A stretch of DNA of 63,976 nt, the filler included, from Sanchytrium tribonematis (taxonomy: Eukaryota): the NCBI GenBank assembly GCA_018985235.1. It is 8 parts of 8 records of this genome, joined end to end, with 100 filler letters (N's around TTAATTAATTAA, not from the genome) between each part and the next. Parts side by side here need not be neighbours in the genome. Positions count along the whole stretch, not along the records: positions 8,249 to 16,391 come from JADGIG010000390.1; positions 16,492 to 24,631 come from JADGIG010000391.1; 6 more parts are not named here. One strand, written 5' to 3'. This document shows positions 9,907-20,604 of this stretch, piece by piece. A model generated the notes under the pieces. That model was not told the origin of the DNA, did no database searches, and saw only the letters and a list, made by a program, of their open reading frames with translations. Position 1 is the stretch's first letter. The number at the start of each line of letters is the position of its first letter. A program made the translations under genes and the position numbers.

Positions 9907-11598
9907 TCAGCCTTTATTCATGATGTATTTAAAATAATATAAATACGGGTCATAGAATCCAATTGGCAAATCACTTGCTATTTGATGTACTTCATCAACA
10001 AATCGACTTAATTTGTATTTTGCTACAAGATGCTGAATCAAATGGGTCTGCTTAATGATTCCTTGCTTTCGATTTAATATAAATTGGTTTGAAAAGTCAT
10101 AGAGCAATAGTGGAATCTGACCAGGTTGATGTTGAGCCAATTTATCAAATAAATATCGCATTATTTGATAATATACACCATTTTGAGTAAACACCTTGTC
10201 CAAATCCTTGAATAAGTCAATTACAGTGCTACAAATTTGCATTTGTGGCAAAAATGATTTGCTTTTTGTTTTAAGCGTTTGCAGTTTCATTCCACAGTAT
10301 TTCAAGGCATTCGATGGCCACTTGGGTTCCAGATTGATAATATCATCGGAATTGAAATTTGGATTTGCCAATTTTTGCATATACATGTCTTTTGTACTAG
10401 TATATCTACCACGAACTTCAATTTTTTTGTAAATTGTATCTTTAACTAGCAATTTGACACCGACATATAATTTTGGATAAAATCGGACAACTTCTGGGTT
10501 TCTGAATAAGTCCACATACGGATCTATAAATTCGAAAGACAGTTTTTTAATCCATTTCATTCCAAATCGATTCATATTATATTCATCAGCAATTTTTAAA
10601 ACGGCATCTCTTTGAATTAAAAATGAATGTGGTCTATACACAAAAAATGTGGTTGCAAAATCAATTAGCAACTGCGGGATGAGATCCACATGATTTTTAA
10701 TCATGTGCTCATACATCTCACGCATTAAACCAGAATACACGCCATTTTGAGTGAATAAGCAGTCTAAAGATTCAAAAGCGTTGAGTAACTTGTCAGTATT
10801 ACCTATCAAAATCAGATACTGGTAATTATTAATATCTTCTCTTAAAAATGTTGCCAAATAATATAAAGCATTGACCATCCAGGCAGGATTATCGCTAGCT
10901 ATTGAAAGTAAATCAAAATTGGCTCTCATTAACAAGTGTTGATTTCGATCTGAAAGACTTTTATAAGTTGAAATGTATTCTTCAGAATCTGTGTAATCCG
11001 TCAACAATTTGAGTGATTTAATTCCAATAAATCCTAATGGAAAAAATGGAATCATTTTCACATCCTTATAAATTTGCATAATATTGTCAAATTCAAATCT
11101 TGGCACATTTTTTAGCCATTTATCTATCTTACTAGTACTGCCGTATTTATCGCTAAGCCATTGAACTGTAAGTTTTTGCGATTTTTCTGTATTTGGTCGA
11201 TAAATGTACAAAAGAGTAGCCAAATCTCGAAAAGGTTCCGAAAGTTGAATTGGATTCTCATTTTTTAACTTGTAAAACAAATCATAAATTAGCCAATAGT
11301 ACACTTTATCCTCTTTAAGAGCTGAAACAAGTCTCTGACCATGTAAAAAAAACATGTCCGAAGTTGTTGGAGGATACTTTTTACGAATTTTCCCTTCATA
11401 CTTTGCCAAATAATACAATGAATTGACCATCCAGGCGGGACCTTTCCCTCTGATATGACCATCGTTAATCCTGTTATCCAAAAATAGATCTCTATACATT
11501 TCCTCATTGCTTCCGTGATCTGCTATAATTTTATCCATACTGTCATACTTTTTCGTCAAATGAAGTAAAGCGAATGTTCCTATTGATACGAATAACAT
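9907..11598 (-). CDS. Hypothetical (possibly secreted) protein with three ~180-aa internal repeats
   Basis: Recurring PAWMVNSLYYLA / PAWMVNALYYLA / PKWPSNALKY and FTQNGVY motifs. Confidence 0.75.
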   Translation of the reverse strand: MLFVSIGTFALLHLTKKYDSMDKIIADHGSNEEMYRDLFLDNRINDGHIRGKGPAWMVNSLYYLAKYEGKIRKKYPPTTSDMFFLHGQRLVSALKEDKVYYWLIYDLFYKLKNENPIQLSEPFRDLATLLYIYRPNTEKSQKLTVQWLSDKYGSTSKIDKWLKNVPRFEFDNIMQIYKDVKMIPFFPLGFIGIKSLKLLTDYTDSEEYISTYKSLSDRNQHLLMRANFDLLSIASDNPAWMVNALYYLATFLREDINNYQYLILIGNTDKLLNAFESLDCLFTQNGVYSGLMREMYEHMIKNHVDLIPQLLIDFATTFFVYRPHSFLIQRDAVLKIADEYNMNRFGMKWIKKLSFEFIDPYVDLFRNPEVVRFYPKLYVGVKLLVKDTIYKKIEVRGRYTSTKDMYMQKLANPNFNSDDIINLEPKWPSNALKYCGMKLQTLKTKSKSFLPQMQICSTVIDLFKDLDKVFTQNGVYYQIMRYLFDKLAQHQPGQIPLLLYDFSNQFILNRKQGIIKQTHLIQHLVAKYKLSRFVDEVHQIASDLPIGFYDPYLYYFKYIMNKG

Positions 11599-11773
11599 AG
11601 GGGGATGAATTCTTTATCTTTTTAAACTTATTTGGATACACAAGGAAATACAGAAACACTCCTTGAACACAACAGAAATTTGTGTTTTTCAGCTAAAATG
11701 TTTTGCTTTTTACATACTTTTGCAATTCAATATCATTCATTGACATATAATTCATTCTCATTTATTGACTGTT

Positions 11774-12655
11774 TTATTTAAGCAATCTTTGTCTCCAAAA
11801 TACTTCAAAATTCACTTGTTTGGTTCTAATATCATATCCAACATATTCACTCAAATCAGATGTATCCAATTCCACATCGATGGGTCTAGTAGCCTCACCA
11901 GTGACTTGATTGAATGGTTTCAAATAATCCACTGGTTTGGATAAAATTTTACCAAAAATCAAGCACATTTGATATTTAGTCAAACATTGTGGACCACAAA
12001 AGTGATAAATAGATGCATGTGGTTTCTTGGTTAATAATTTTTTGTAAAAATCAACAAAAACATTGGCAATATCCATGACATTTGCAGGAAATCGTTTACA
12101 GACATTATCCAATTCAGCTGATTCATTTTGATGTACATATTTCAATAAACTATCAATGGCACCATCATATTCTTTGTATAAATGGCCATATAATACAGGA
12201 ATTCGGATGATAATGCCATTTTCATATGATTTGACAAGATTTTCTGCGACTACTTTTGATTTACCATAATCATTTAATGGATTGGTGGCATCTGATGGTA
12301 AATAAGGAGATCCCTTTTTACCATCAAATACATAATCAGTAGAAATAAAGATGAATGGGATATTCAAAGATTTGCAATGTTTTAATAAATATTGGGTAGT
12401 GGATTCTGTAGTGGCAATGGCTTTGGATGGATCATGTTTAAAGACATCTGGTTGTCTTTCTGCTACTAAATGGATGACACAGTTGAATTGATGGGTTAAA
12501 AAGAGTTGGTTGATTTCATCTTCATTTGTGAGATCAATTTTGGTTAATTCTGGATGAGATTGGGAATGGCATGTGCCTGTGACTAGGAAATGTTGTTTGA
12601 ATTGACGGTAGACGGCTGCACCTAATAATCCAGAAGCACCTGTGATTAAAATCAT
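11774..12655 (-). CDS. RmlD-like / MAT2B-type NAD(P)-binding SDR protein
   Basis: ILITGASGLLG, ISTDYVFDG, PLNDYGKSK, IRIPVLYG; ATG at 12655. Confidence 0.9.
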   Translation of the reverse strand: MILITGASGLLGAAVYRQFKQHFLVTGTCHSQSHPELTKIDLTNEDEINQLFLTHQFNCVIHLVAERQPDVFKHDPSKAIATTESTTQYLLKHCKSLNIPFIFISTDYVFDGKKGSPYLPSDATNPLNDYGKSKVVAENLVKSYENGIIIRIPVLYGHLYKEYDGAIDSLLKYVHQNESAELDNVCKRFPANVMDIANVFVDFYKKLLTKKPHASIYHFCGPQCLTKYQMCLIFGKILSKPVDYLKPFNQVTGEATRPIDVELDTSDLSEYVGYDIRTKQVNFEVFWRQRLLK

Positions 12656-12831
12656 ACAAGGGGCAAATTGGCAAACAATCAAGTTGTTGCAAAAATTGAT
12701 TGTAGACATATTCATTTTCAAAATTAATTTGAATGATCCCATCCTGTGAATCATTAACATAATTGCTATTTGTCTTCTCAAGTTACACAACTCCGCAAGG
12801 AAGAAACATCATTTTATCATTGAAATCACAC

Positions 12832-13716
12832 ATGATACTACTATTTCTACTCATATTCACATATTCTAAACCACTTGTAGATATCCAAAACACTTTAGAG
12901 TCTCAAATATGTGGTATTTGCTTAGATCCTTTAAACGAACAAACAGGTAGTTGTTCCAACTCAAATTACCCACACAAATTCTGTCGTGACTGTATTCTAA
13001 ATTGGATGATTCACAAATCAGAAAGATCCAACTATTGTGCAATTTGCTCATCAAAATGGACAAAAGATTTAACAGTTGAATGTTTTGCAAAGAAACTTGC
13101 TCATTTAATGGAAAATGATGAAATTGTGAGTTTTAATAATATTAAATGTATCATGGAAAGCATTGCGTCTTTATTGATGCGACAAAAAGATTTGGAGTCA
13201 AAAGCGACTAATTCTAAAGAGTTAAAGAATGCATTTCATTTATTAATTGAAAAAACTACTTTTTATGGTATATTCTCAAAAATCCGCACCATCATTGAAT
13301 ATCAATTGAAAAATAAGAAATATCACATTCGTGGCTCCATTTTGCTTTTAACCGAGCCCGCTGAAGCAAATAATTTTGAGTTGAATAGATATTCCAATAT
13401 AAATAGATTAAGAGAGTCTATTCGTTCATATTCTAAAAAATTAAATGCGAAACCAATTGATAAATATAAATTATCTAGAAATCAATTAAAATCCATTATT
13501 GTCCGTATATTATCATATGAATACCACTTATTCAAGTTTAGGAATCTCTCAATGAATCAACTAGACAATTGTAGAGCCAATTTAAACGATATTTATGGTA
13601 ATTTAGAAATTCAAGATACACTTTTATTAGATGCGATTTCTTATATTTTAAATCAAATTCCGATTGAAATTACGATTTATTATACTTATAAAGTGGTTGA
13701 TAAATGGTTATTCTAG
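12832..13716 (+). CDS. Signal peptide + C3HC4 RING finger protein
   Basis: MILLFLLIFTYS then CGIC..C..HKFCRDC..W..CAIC; helical C-terminal region with no TM. Confidence 0.75.
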   Translation: MILLFLLIFTYSKPLVDIQNTLESQICGICLDPLNEQTGSCSNSNYPHKFCRDCILNWMIHKSERSNYCAICSSKWTKDLTVECFAKKLAHLMENDEIVSFNNIKCIMESIASLLMRQKDLESKATNSKELKNAFHLLIEKTTFYGIFSKIRTIIEYQLKNKKYHIRGSILLLTEPAEANNFELNRYSNINRLRESIRSYSKKLNAKPIDKYKLSRNQLKSIIVRILSYEYHLFKFRNLSMNQLDNCRANLNDIYGNLEIQDTLLLDAISYILNQIPIEITIYYTYKVVDKWLF

Positions 13717-13758
13717 TAAATATTTCGTGTCATTCTTGGTGGCTTGTTTCTTCATCTC

Positions 13759-15322
13759 ATGGTCCAATTTCTAATTTTATTGATGATGGCTACAGATTGT
13801 GATATGATGATGCTATTCTTTAGAGCATTGAATATGCATATCACAGACACGTCTAAATTTAATTTGATTCCTGTAAATTGCTGTAATTATAATGATAACT
13901 ACAAAATCACCATTACGTGTACATCCAATACCATCACTAGGCTATCGTTGAACTTTATTAATATAAATGGGACCATAGATGGTAGTTTGTTGCCTCCAAA
14001 TATCACATTTATTGAAATTCGATTTAATGCTAATTTAGCATCTCAGATTCCAAATAATCTACCCGATTCCCTGACATTTATAGATTTCATGGGAAATAAG
14101 TTATATGGTCCACTTCCCACTGTTTATCCGTCGAGTTTAGTGCAATTTAGAGCCAATTCAAATTATTTGACAGGTCCATTGCCACGGTTTCCAGATTGGA
14201 TTCAAAGCATGACACTAAGTTCCAATTTACTACATGGTGATATTGATCATTTGCCAAATAGTTTGACATTCTTTTCTGCAAATGGATGCAACTTCAATGG
14301 GTCGATTGTTTCACTCCCTCCGAATATCACATTTTTATCAGTTTCTTACAGCAAATTATCGGGCAATATCAAAACAATGCCAAGTAAAATCATCACTTAT
14401 GATGTCGGATTCAATTTAATGGGTAGAGATATCAATGTGAATCAGAATTGGCCAATTAGTCTAACTGAAGTTTATATTGGTGATAACTATTTTTATGGCA
14501 TCTTTCCAATCCAATTAATGAGTGCAAGACATCTCAGTATCAGCAACAATCGATTAACGGGTTGCTTTAATCAAACCTTACCATGTTTATCATGTTTGTT
14601 GGACAGAAATCAATTTAAAGGTCCCATCACGTTTAGTCAGCCTGGGGACATTTATTTACAAAATAATTCCATTACCAATGTGACTATTTTGGATGCTTCT
14701 TATTTAAATGACTGTATTTTAGATCATAATCCAATGTTGGGTAATTTAGGGCGTATTTTTGTATTTTATCGATATACTCCAATGCCGCCTACTTGTAGCA
14801 CAATCGGGCTATTTAATAGTACTGGATATCAATGTGATAATGTAAAATATACCACGTCAATCAAATTGTTGTCAAGCACGACCTCTTATTATACTTTTCA
14901 AGAAACAAAGGAAACAACTACAATTGAAGTTTCATCAATTCAAATTAGCGAATTGCAATCCACGACATCAAGTAAACAGTCAGTAGACTCATTCGATACA
15001 AGTCATACAACATCTAATTTGATTGATACTCAATTTACAACTAATGTCATTCAACGACGTATTTTTAATTTATTTAGGTCCTGTTTTCAGCACAAAAGTA
15101 AATGCTCCATACACAGACTCATCTATATTTCAATCAAGTACAGCCTTTACAGCCACAATGACATCACCTCAAAAAATGGTTAGTTTTGCTGTTAAATGGA
15201 ATGGAAAATTAAACACAATTCAAATCCAATCTGGTTGGGTTCAAATATGTAAGATTGCTATTAATTTTATATTTCTAGGCACATTATTAATGAAATTGAT
15301 TCTTAGAAATAAAAGAAAATAA
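13759..15322 (+). CDS. LRR surface protein (signal, CC cap, LRRs, Ser/Thr stalk, C-terminal TM); exons 13759-15058 and 15078-15322, 514 aa
   Basis: LPxxLTxL/NxLxGxLP repeats; the 19-nt intron joins the two ORFs in frame and adds a TM + basic tail. Confidence 0.85.
15059..15077 (+). other. 19-nt spliceosomal intron
   Basis: gtatttttaatttatttag, phase 1; restores ..IQRR-PVFSTK.. and the TM tail. Confidence 0.8.
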
Positions 15323-15567
15323 ATTTAATATATGCTTAATACATTGCTTGGGGTTAAATTGAACCTTTATCATGAATTAAACAAATTCAATCCATGACAT
15401 TGGTGACATGGCTTATTGCAATCAATTTCCAATATGATGGAATACAAATCGACAGTAAGCAGTTACTGACTCTGACTTGATTACAAATATTGAGACCCTT
15501 TTTGAAAGTCGTCAAATAATTCTTAAGGAGAATTGTTGTGTAATTTTACTAAACAGGATCAAACAAC

Positions 15568-16236
15568 ATGATTTTTTGGATGTTGCTAATTGCATTTCCA
15601 ACGGTTGATGACTGTAGTATTTGCTTCAATCCTATTAATGAAAATCAAAGAAGAACGGCTTGCTTATTTCATCCAGCACATTCATATTGTGGTAATTCTC
15701 ATAGTCATAGGTGTGCTTCGTGTGATGCTCCAAACGGATTGATGGAGGACGAATGGATCATTAAGCGCCCCTTTTATAGCTTTTTGTATCAGTTGAATGA
15801 TTTTAAGTTGAATGATGTCGAAAAGGATGGAAAAAAATATCAGGATGCACTAATTGCATTAATTGCTCAAGGGGCTGATATTTATCCCCAAAACGAAGAA
15901 AACCAGAATTATTTCAAAGATATTTGGCAAGAAATTGACCCAATTATTGTTGAACTTGGAATTCAACAGAACATCATTGAGAATGCAAGCCAAAATTTGA
16001 ATCTGAATGAAGTTAGTAATGCTATTAAAGCATACTACGAGTTTAACTCTATTGTGACATTTGAAGATGACGATGAAGGGTTGCAAGAGGCCAAGGAAAA
16101 AATTTTGATTCAACTCGGTGAAATTTGCGCAAGTCCGAATCCAGTCACATACTATCGAATTTATCAATCTATTGAAGATATCGTAAAGAGTATTCCCCAG
16201 GAAATTCTTGAGAAATTGCAAAATTGTAACAAATAA
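15568..16236 (+). CDS. Signal peptide + degenerate RING-like Zn finger protein
   Basis: MIFWMLLIAFP then CSIC..C..H..HSYC..CASC; acidic helical C-terminal region. Confidence 0.6.
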   Translation: MIFWMLLIAFPTVDDCSICFNPINENQRRTACLFHPAHSYCGNSHSHRCASCDAPNGLMEDEWIIKRPFYSFLYQLNDFKLNDVEKDGKKYQDALIALIAQGADIYPQNEENQNYFKDIWQEIDPIIVELGIQQNIIENASQNLNLNEVSNAIKAYYEFNSIVTFEDDDEGLQEAKEKILIQLGEICASPNPVTYYRIYQSIEDIVKSIPQEILEKLQNCNK

Positions 16237-16391
16237 TAAAATATTTTTTCGCCAATTTCCCCTGAAACCATGTCAAGAAGTACGAGAAATGAAAGAACTC
16301 AACCTGCTCAAGTTCATTTACAACCCTCATTTGCCAGACAAGTAGCCCCACCCCACTTCAATGCTGGATGGTATGAACATATGATATCCTC

Positions 16392-16491
16392 NNNNNNNNN
16401 NNNNNNNNNNNNNNNNNNNNNNNNNNNNNNNNNNNTTAATTAATTAANNNNNNNNNNNNNNNNNNNNNNNNNNNNNNNNNNNNNNNNNNNN
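16392..16491. other. Artificial contig linker
   Basis: N44-TTAATTAATTAA-N44. Confidence 0.98.
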
Positions 16492-17268
16492 CTCCACCAA
16501 TTGTAGCTACTACAATTCCTTCTGAGACACTCACAGATACCCATTCTTGAGACGCATCCCATAATTCAGTATAAATAGTCGCACCCACTGCAGTATCTTG
16601 GATTGCATCTATGCTCATATCCACACAACTCAAGAATTGCCTGTTTAACCAAGTGTCAATCCACACAAATAATTGCCTCTCATACTCATTTGTTCCAATT
16701 GATATGGATATTTATGTGTTAATTCCATATTAGGATCCACTGGATTTGATAAAGCACCACAATAAATCCCATCTGACTTGCTGAAACAAAGTTGTCCCGC
16801 ATCTACAGCAATGGACGTACAGCCATCTCCAGTAGGTGTGATTCTAACCCAGTCATCATGTCCAAATGTAGCACACCATAATTCAGTATGACTATTTGCA
16901 ACACACATGTACGTTTCATCAAATTGAATTTCATCCACGTATTGCCCCAATTTGTCTGTAAATGACACATCATAAGTACCTTGGTCATTTAATGTCCCAT
17001 CAATATTCTTTGTACAACGTGCATAAGTATCAAATCCGACAACACATGCCCATGAACCATAAACAGAAATATAATGTGCAGGTGACCAAGTGACACCCCC
17101 ATCTGCTGTATATTGACAATAGAAAATGCCATCTGACATTCCAACACCGCATAATCGACCTTGACCTGGATAAGATTCTGCATCAAGTGCGCTGACAGAC
17201 ACCCCAACTTGTACAAATTTACTAGGTGATTGTGGGATCATCATAACTGCGTATATGAGTGAAATCAT
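16492..17268 (-). pseudogene. Frameshifted paralog of 17442-18353 (or a sequencing indel); runs off the contig end
   Basis: At ~16645, ACA CTT GGT TAA AC is one base short of the paralog's alignment (..AAT TTA AAC); homology resumes as LNRQFLSCVDMS in another frame. Confidence 0.7.
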
Positions 17269-17380
17269 GTCGCTGTTAGACCCAGTAGCTTTTTTAATCA
17301 TGATTTTAATGACTCAGAAATACTTTGATTGGATAAGGGACTCTTTTAAATGACCAAGAGATTTGGGGTAAACGACGATG
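17269..17380 (-). promoter_or_regulatory. Duplicated upstream region (copy 1) with CCAAT, TGACTCA and GGGGTAAA motifs
   Basis: Near-identical to 18354-18467. Confidence 0.6.
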
Positions 17381-17441
17381 GATTACTGTTATTGGGTGGA
17401 AACAATTCAAATTAAAGATACAGTTTATCATTTTTAAACAT

Positions 17442-18353
17442 TTATTGATATTCGCCGGTCCCAGTTGCAAAATAAGCCCATTCTGTTGTCAAATTATTAG
17501 TTGCATAATAATCCCCAGAGTCTCCCATCACATTTGCAAATGTTAATCCATAAGTCATACTCACATACGACCATCCTTGAGTTCCCCCAACCCATATTTC
17601 AGGATACATGATTAAATCTTGAGTTGAAATTGTGTCTGGCATATAAAATGTCTGACTCATATCTAAACATTTCAAGAAACTCTTGTTTAAATTCGGAGTG
17701 ACGCCACACAAGATATTCCCCAAAACAGCCATTTGATCCAATTGGTAAGACGGATACAACAAAGTGAATTCAAGATTGGGATCGACGGGATTGGTTAATC
17801 CAGTGCTTGATTTATAAATCCCATCTTCTTTTGAAATGTAAACATAGCCACCATCTAATGCTACGGATATAATACCATCTCCATTTGGCGTAATTTGGAC
17901 CCATTCTACATTCTCAGTGGCAAATGGCGCACACCACAATTGCGAATTTGAATTTTGTAGACACATCATGCCTGTTGTGGAATCCATTTTAATTTCTTCG
18001 AGATCTCCACCATCAATTTTACCAAAATCAACATCATATGTGCCACTATCATTCAATGTACCATCGATATTGTCAGTGCATCTCACATCTGCTTCTCTAC
18101 CAATGACACATGCATTGGCGCCCACGACAGTGATGTAAACACCTTGAAATCCATCTTTTTGTTGTGGAGGTGACCATGTTGCACCCCCATCTGCTGTATA
18201 CTGGCAATAATAAATGCCATCTGACATTCCAACACCACAAAGTCGTCCTACTCCTGGATCTTTGGCATCTGGTGGATTGATGTAAGTACTGACTTGATAG
18301 TATTTACTAGGTGATTGTAAAACCATTGTAATTGCGTATGTAAGTGAAATCAT
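17442..18353 (-). CDS. Secreted acidic beta-propeller/tectonin-like hypothetical protein
   Basis: MISLTYAITM; repeated C..(G/S)xLWC/IYYC blades; tandem paralog downstream. Confidence 0.7.
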   Translation of the reverse strand: MISLTYAITMVLQSPSKYYQVSTYINPPDAKDPGVGRLCGVGMSDGIYYCQYTADGGATWSPPQQKDGFQGVYITVVGANACVIGREADVRCTDNIDGTLNDSGTYDVDFGKIDGGDLEEIKMDSTTGMMCLQNSNSQLWCAPFATENVEWVQITPNGDGIISVALDGGYVYISKEDGIYKSSTGLTNPVDPNLEFTLLYPSYQLDQMAVLGNILCGVTPNLNKSFLKCLDMSQTFYMPDTISTQDLIMYPEIWVGGTQGWSYVSMTYGLTFANVMGDSGDYYATNNLTTEWAYFATGTGEYQ

Positions 18354-18467
18354 GTTGTTGTTAGACCCAGTAGCTTTTTAATCATGATTTTAATGACTCA
18401 GAAATACTTTGATTGGATGCAAGGGACTATTTTAAATGACCAAGAGATTTGGGGTAAATGATGATGG
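18354..18467 (-). promoter_or_regulatory. Duplicated upstream region (copy 2)
   Basis: Near-identical to 17269-17380. Confidence 0.6.
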
Positions 18468-18540
18468 AATCCAAATGAGATGCGTCACTCTTTATTCAAA
18501 TCTATGCATTTGAATTTGCAACATTTATTTTTTGAAACAC

Positions 18541-19566
18541 ATGCATCTTTTGCCACAAAACATACATCCAGAAGCAGATATATATTCACTTGAACTATTC
18601 CAACAAGTTTATCATGAAATACAATCAGTCAAATCACTCGTCATATCTTCTAAATATTACCATAAATTATCCAATTTACCCAAATTAAAACACATTTCAG
18701 TCATCAATAGATCCAATCACCAAATGATTCAAGAAACAACGACTACATCCATTAATATTGCATTAGAAATAGGCGATGATTTATCCGAATTAACAGATGA
18801 AATGAAATTATTGTTTAAAACATTAACCATTAAATCTGGCAAATATTTTGATGCGCCCAAATCCACTCAAGATATCCCAAAATTCATCAAAACATATCAT
18901 ATCAACATGAATGAATATGAAAATAAAGATTATACCTCATTTAATGACTTTTTCACCCGTCAAATCAAATTAGAATATCGTCTTCTAAATTCTAATAAAA
19001 TGGCATTTACAAGTGCTGCTGATTCTAGATGCATGGTATTCAATCATCCACATCAAGCTACAGATATTTGGATTAAAGGCAATCAATTCTCCATTTCTAA
19101 TTTAACCAATCCTGAAATTGCCAATCAATTCAAACATCCACAAATTATCATATTTAGATTGGCCCCTGATGATTATCACAGATGGCATTACCCATTTAAT
19201 GGTCATTTAACTTATATTCAATCGATTCCAGGCACCTATTACACCGTAAATCCAAAAGCCATCCATTCACCAATCAATGTATTTACAGACAATCATCGCA
19301 TTATTAGATGTTTTAATACCCCATTTGGACCCATTTGTGAAATTGCCATTGGTGCATTATTAGTAGGAAGTATTCAAATCAGTGATTCAATGATTCATAA
19401 TGAAATCAACAAAGGGGATGAAGCAGGTTATTTTAAATATGGTGGGAGTACAGTGATTTATTTAATGCAAGGCATTGAATTTGATGATGATTTAGTACAT
19501 CATTCATTGGATTTAAAGATGGAAACATTGGTACGAGCTAGAGAACAAGTTGGATTATTTAAATAA
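18541..19566 (+). CDS. Phosphatidylserine decarboxylase proenzyme (PSD2-type)
   Basis: SFNDFFTR, FRLAPDDYHRWH, GALLVGSI, YFKYGGST autocleavage motif. Confidence 0.92.
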   Translation: MHLLPQNIHPEADIYSLELFQQVYHEIQSVKSLVISSKYYHKLSNLPKLKHISVINRSNHQMIQETTTTSINIALEIGDDLSELTDEMKLLFKTLTIKSGKYFDAPKSTQDIPKFIKTYHINMNEYENKDYTSFNDFFTRQIKLEYRLLNSNKMAFTSAADSRCMVFNHPHQATDIWIKGNQFSISNLTNPEIANQFKHPQIIIFRLAPDDYHRWHYPFNGHLTYIQSIPGTYYTVNPKAIHSPINVFTDNHRIIRCFNTPFGPICEIAIGALLVGSIQISDSMIHNEINKGDEAGYFKYGGSTVIYLMQGIEFDDDLVHHSLDLKMETLVRAREQVGLFK

Positions 19567-19568
19567 AT

Positions 19569-20516
19569 TTATTGAGTCTTTGTTTTTCCAGTGATCTCTG
19601 CAATTTGGAATTTGTATTGTAGTGCTTTATAGTCTTTTATAATCTCTATTAGGATATTGCCTTTGTAGTTTTTGATAAATCTATCCAAGGCGCCCATATA
19701 CTGTCGAAATTTATAATCACCAGTTGTTGTTTGAAAATAAACATGTTTTATCAAATGAGAAAGAAAATGATTCACATCATCCCAATTTTCAATCAAATAT
19801 TCATCAAAATTACTAAAACCATAAATTTTCAATTCTTTAAAATCAGAATCATCCTCTAATTGATCCATCTTGTACAATTTGAAATGTTTTAAAAATGAAA
19901 TGTATTTTTCAATCAATTCGTTTGAAATTAAGATGGAATACCTTTTAAAGAATGCGACAATGCGCTCGATATGGTCTTGATTGTAATTAATAGAAACATC
20001 AGATATTATATTTGATGCAATCCTTTCAACATCTTGCCATGAATCAACTTGACTGTCATCTATATCAATTAAATTTATAAAAGTCTGTTGAGTTTTAATT
20101 TGATCAAATAGAAATTCAGATGGATTATTTGCAATTTTTGCATCTTTCAAATCCTCAACATATTTGGTCCAAATATTCTGCAACTCATTGAATAAATTCT
20201 TATTTAGATTACGTCTTTTTCTACTAGAATCATAATACTGCTGTAAAATGAAAAAATTACTTAATTCCATTCCATCAGTTTTAATTTGAAATTCCCGTTT
20301 CCAAATATTCTCAAATACAATTAATAATTGGTTAAATGCAATTGATAGGTTCTTTGCAGCAGTTTCCTTAGATGACGTGATGATTCTAGCACCTATTAAT
20401 GCATCTATTTGTGATTCCCAATGAGTGTACAGATTTTCAAGTGCCTCTATAGCTTCTTCCTCTTCTATCACCCTTTTAAATAAATGCATTCCAAAAATGA
20501 ATGGAATCCATAACAT
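19569..20516 (-). CDS. Hypothetical secreted helical protein
   Basis: MLWIPFIFG..LFKR (short signal then dibasic site); long ORF, no recognised family. Confidence 0.65.
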   Translation of the reverse strand: MLWIPFIFGMHLFKRVIEEEEAIEALENLYTHWESQIDALIGARIITSSKETAAKNLSIAFNQLLIVFENIWKREFQIKTDGMELSNFFILQQYYDSSRKRRNLNKNLFNELQNIWTKYVEDLKDAKIANNPSEFLFDQIKTQQTFINLIDIDDSQVDSWQDVERIASNIISDVSINYNQDHIERIVAFFKRYSILISNELIEKYISFLKHFKLYKMDQLEDDSDFKELKIYGFSNFDEYLIENWDDVNHFLSHLIKHVYFQTTTGDYKFRQYMGALDRFIKNYKGNILIEIIKDYKALQYKFQIAEITGKTKTQ

Positions 20517-20604
20517 GTTTACTCCCAAAAATGGGGATTGATTTTGTGACACTATTCATTTATATCCACCAATGAAATGCATTTCCTTTCCCCTTTGCAC
20601 CTCG

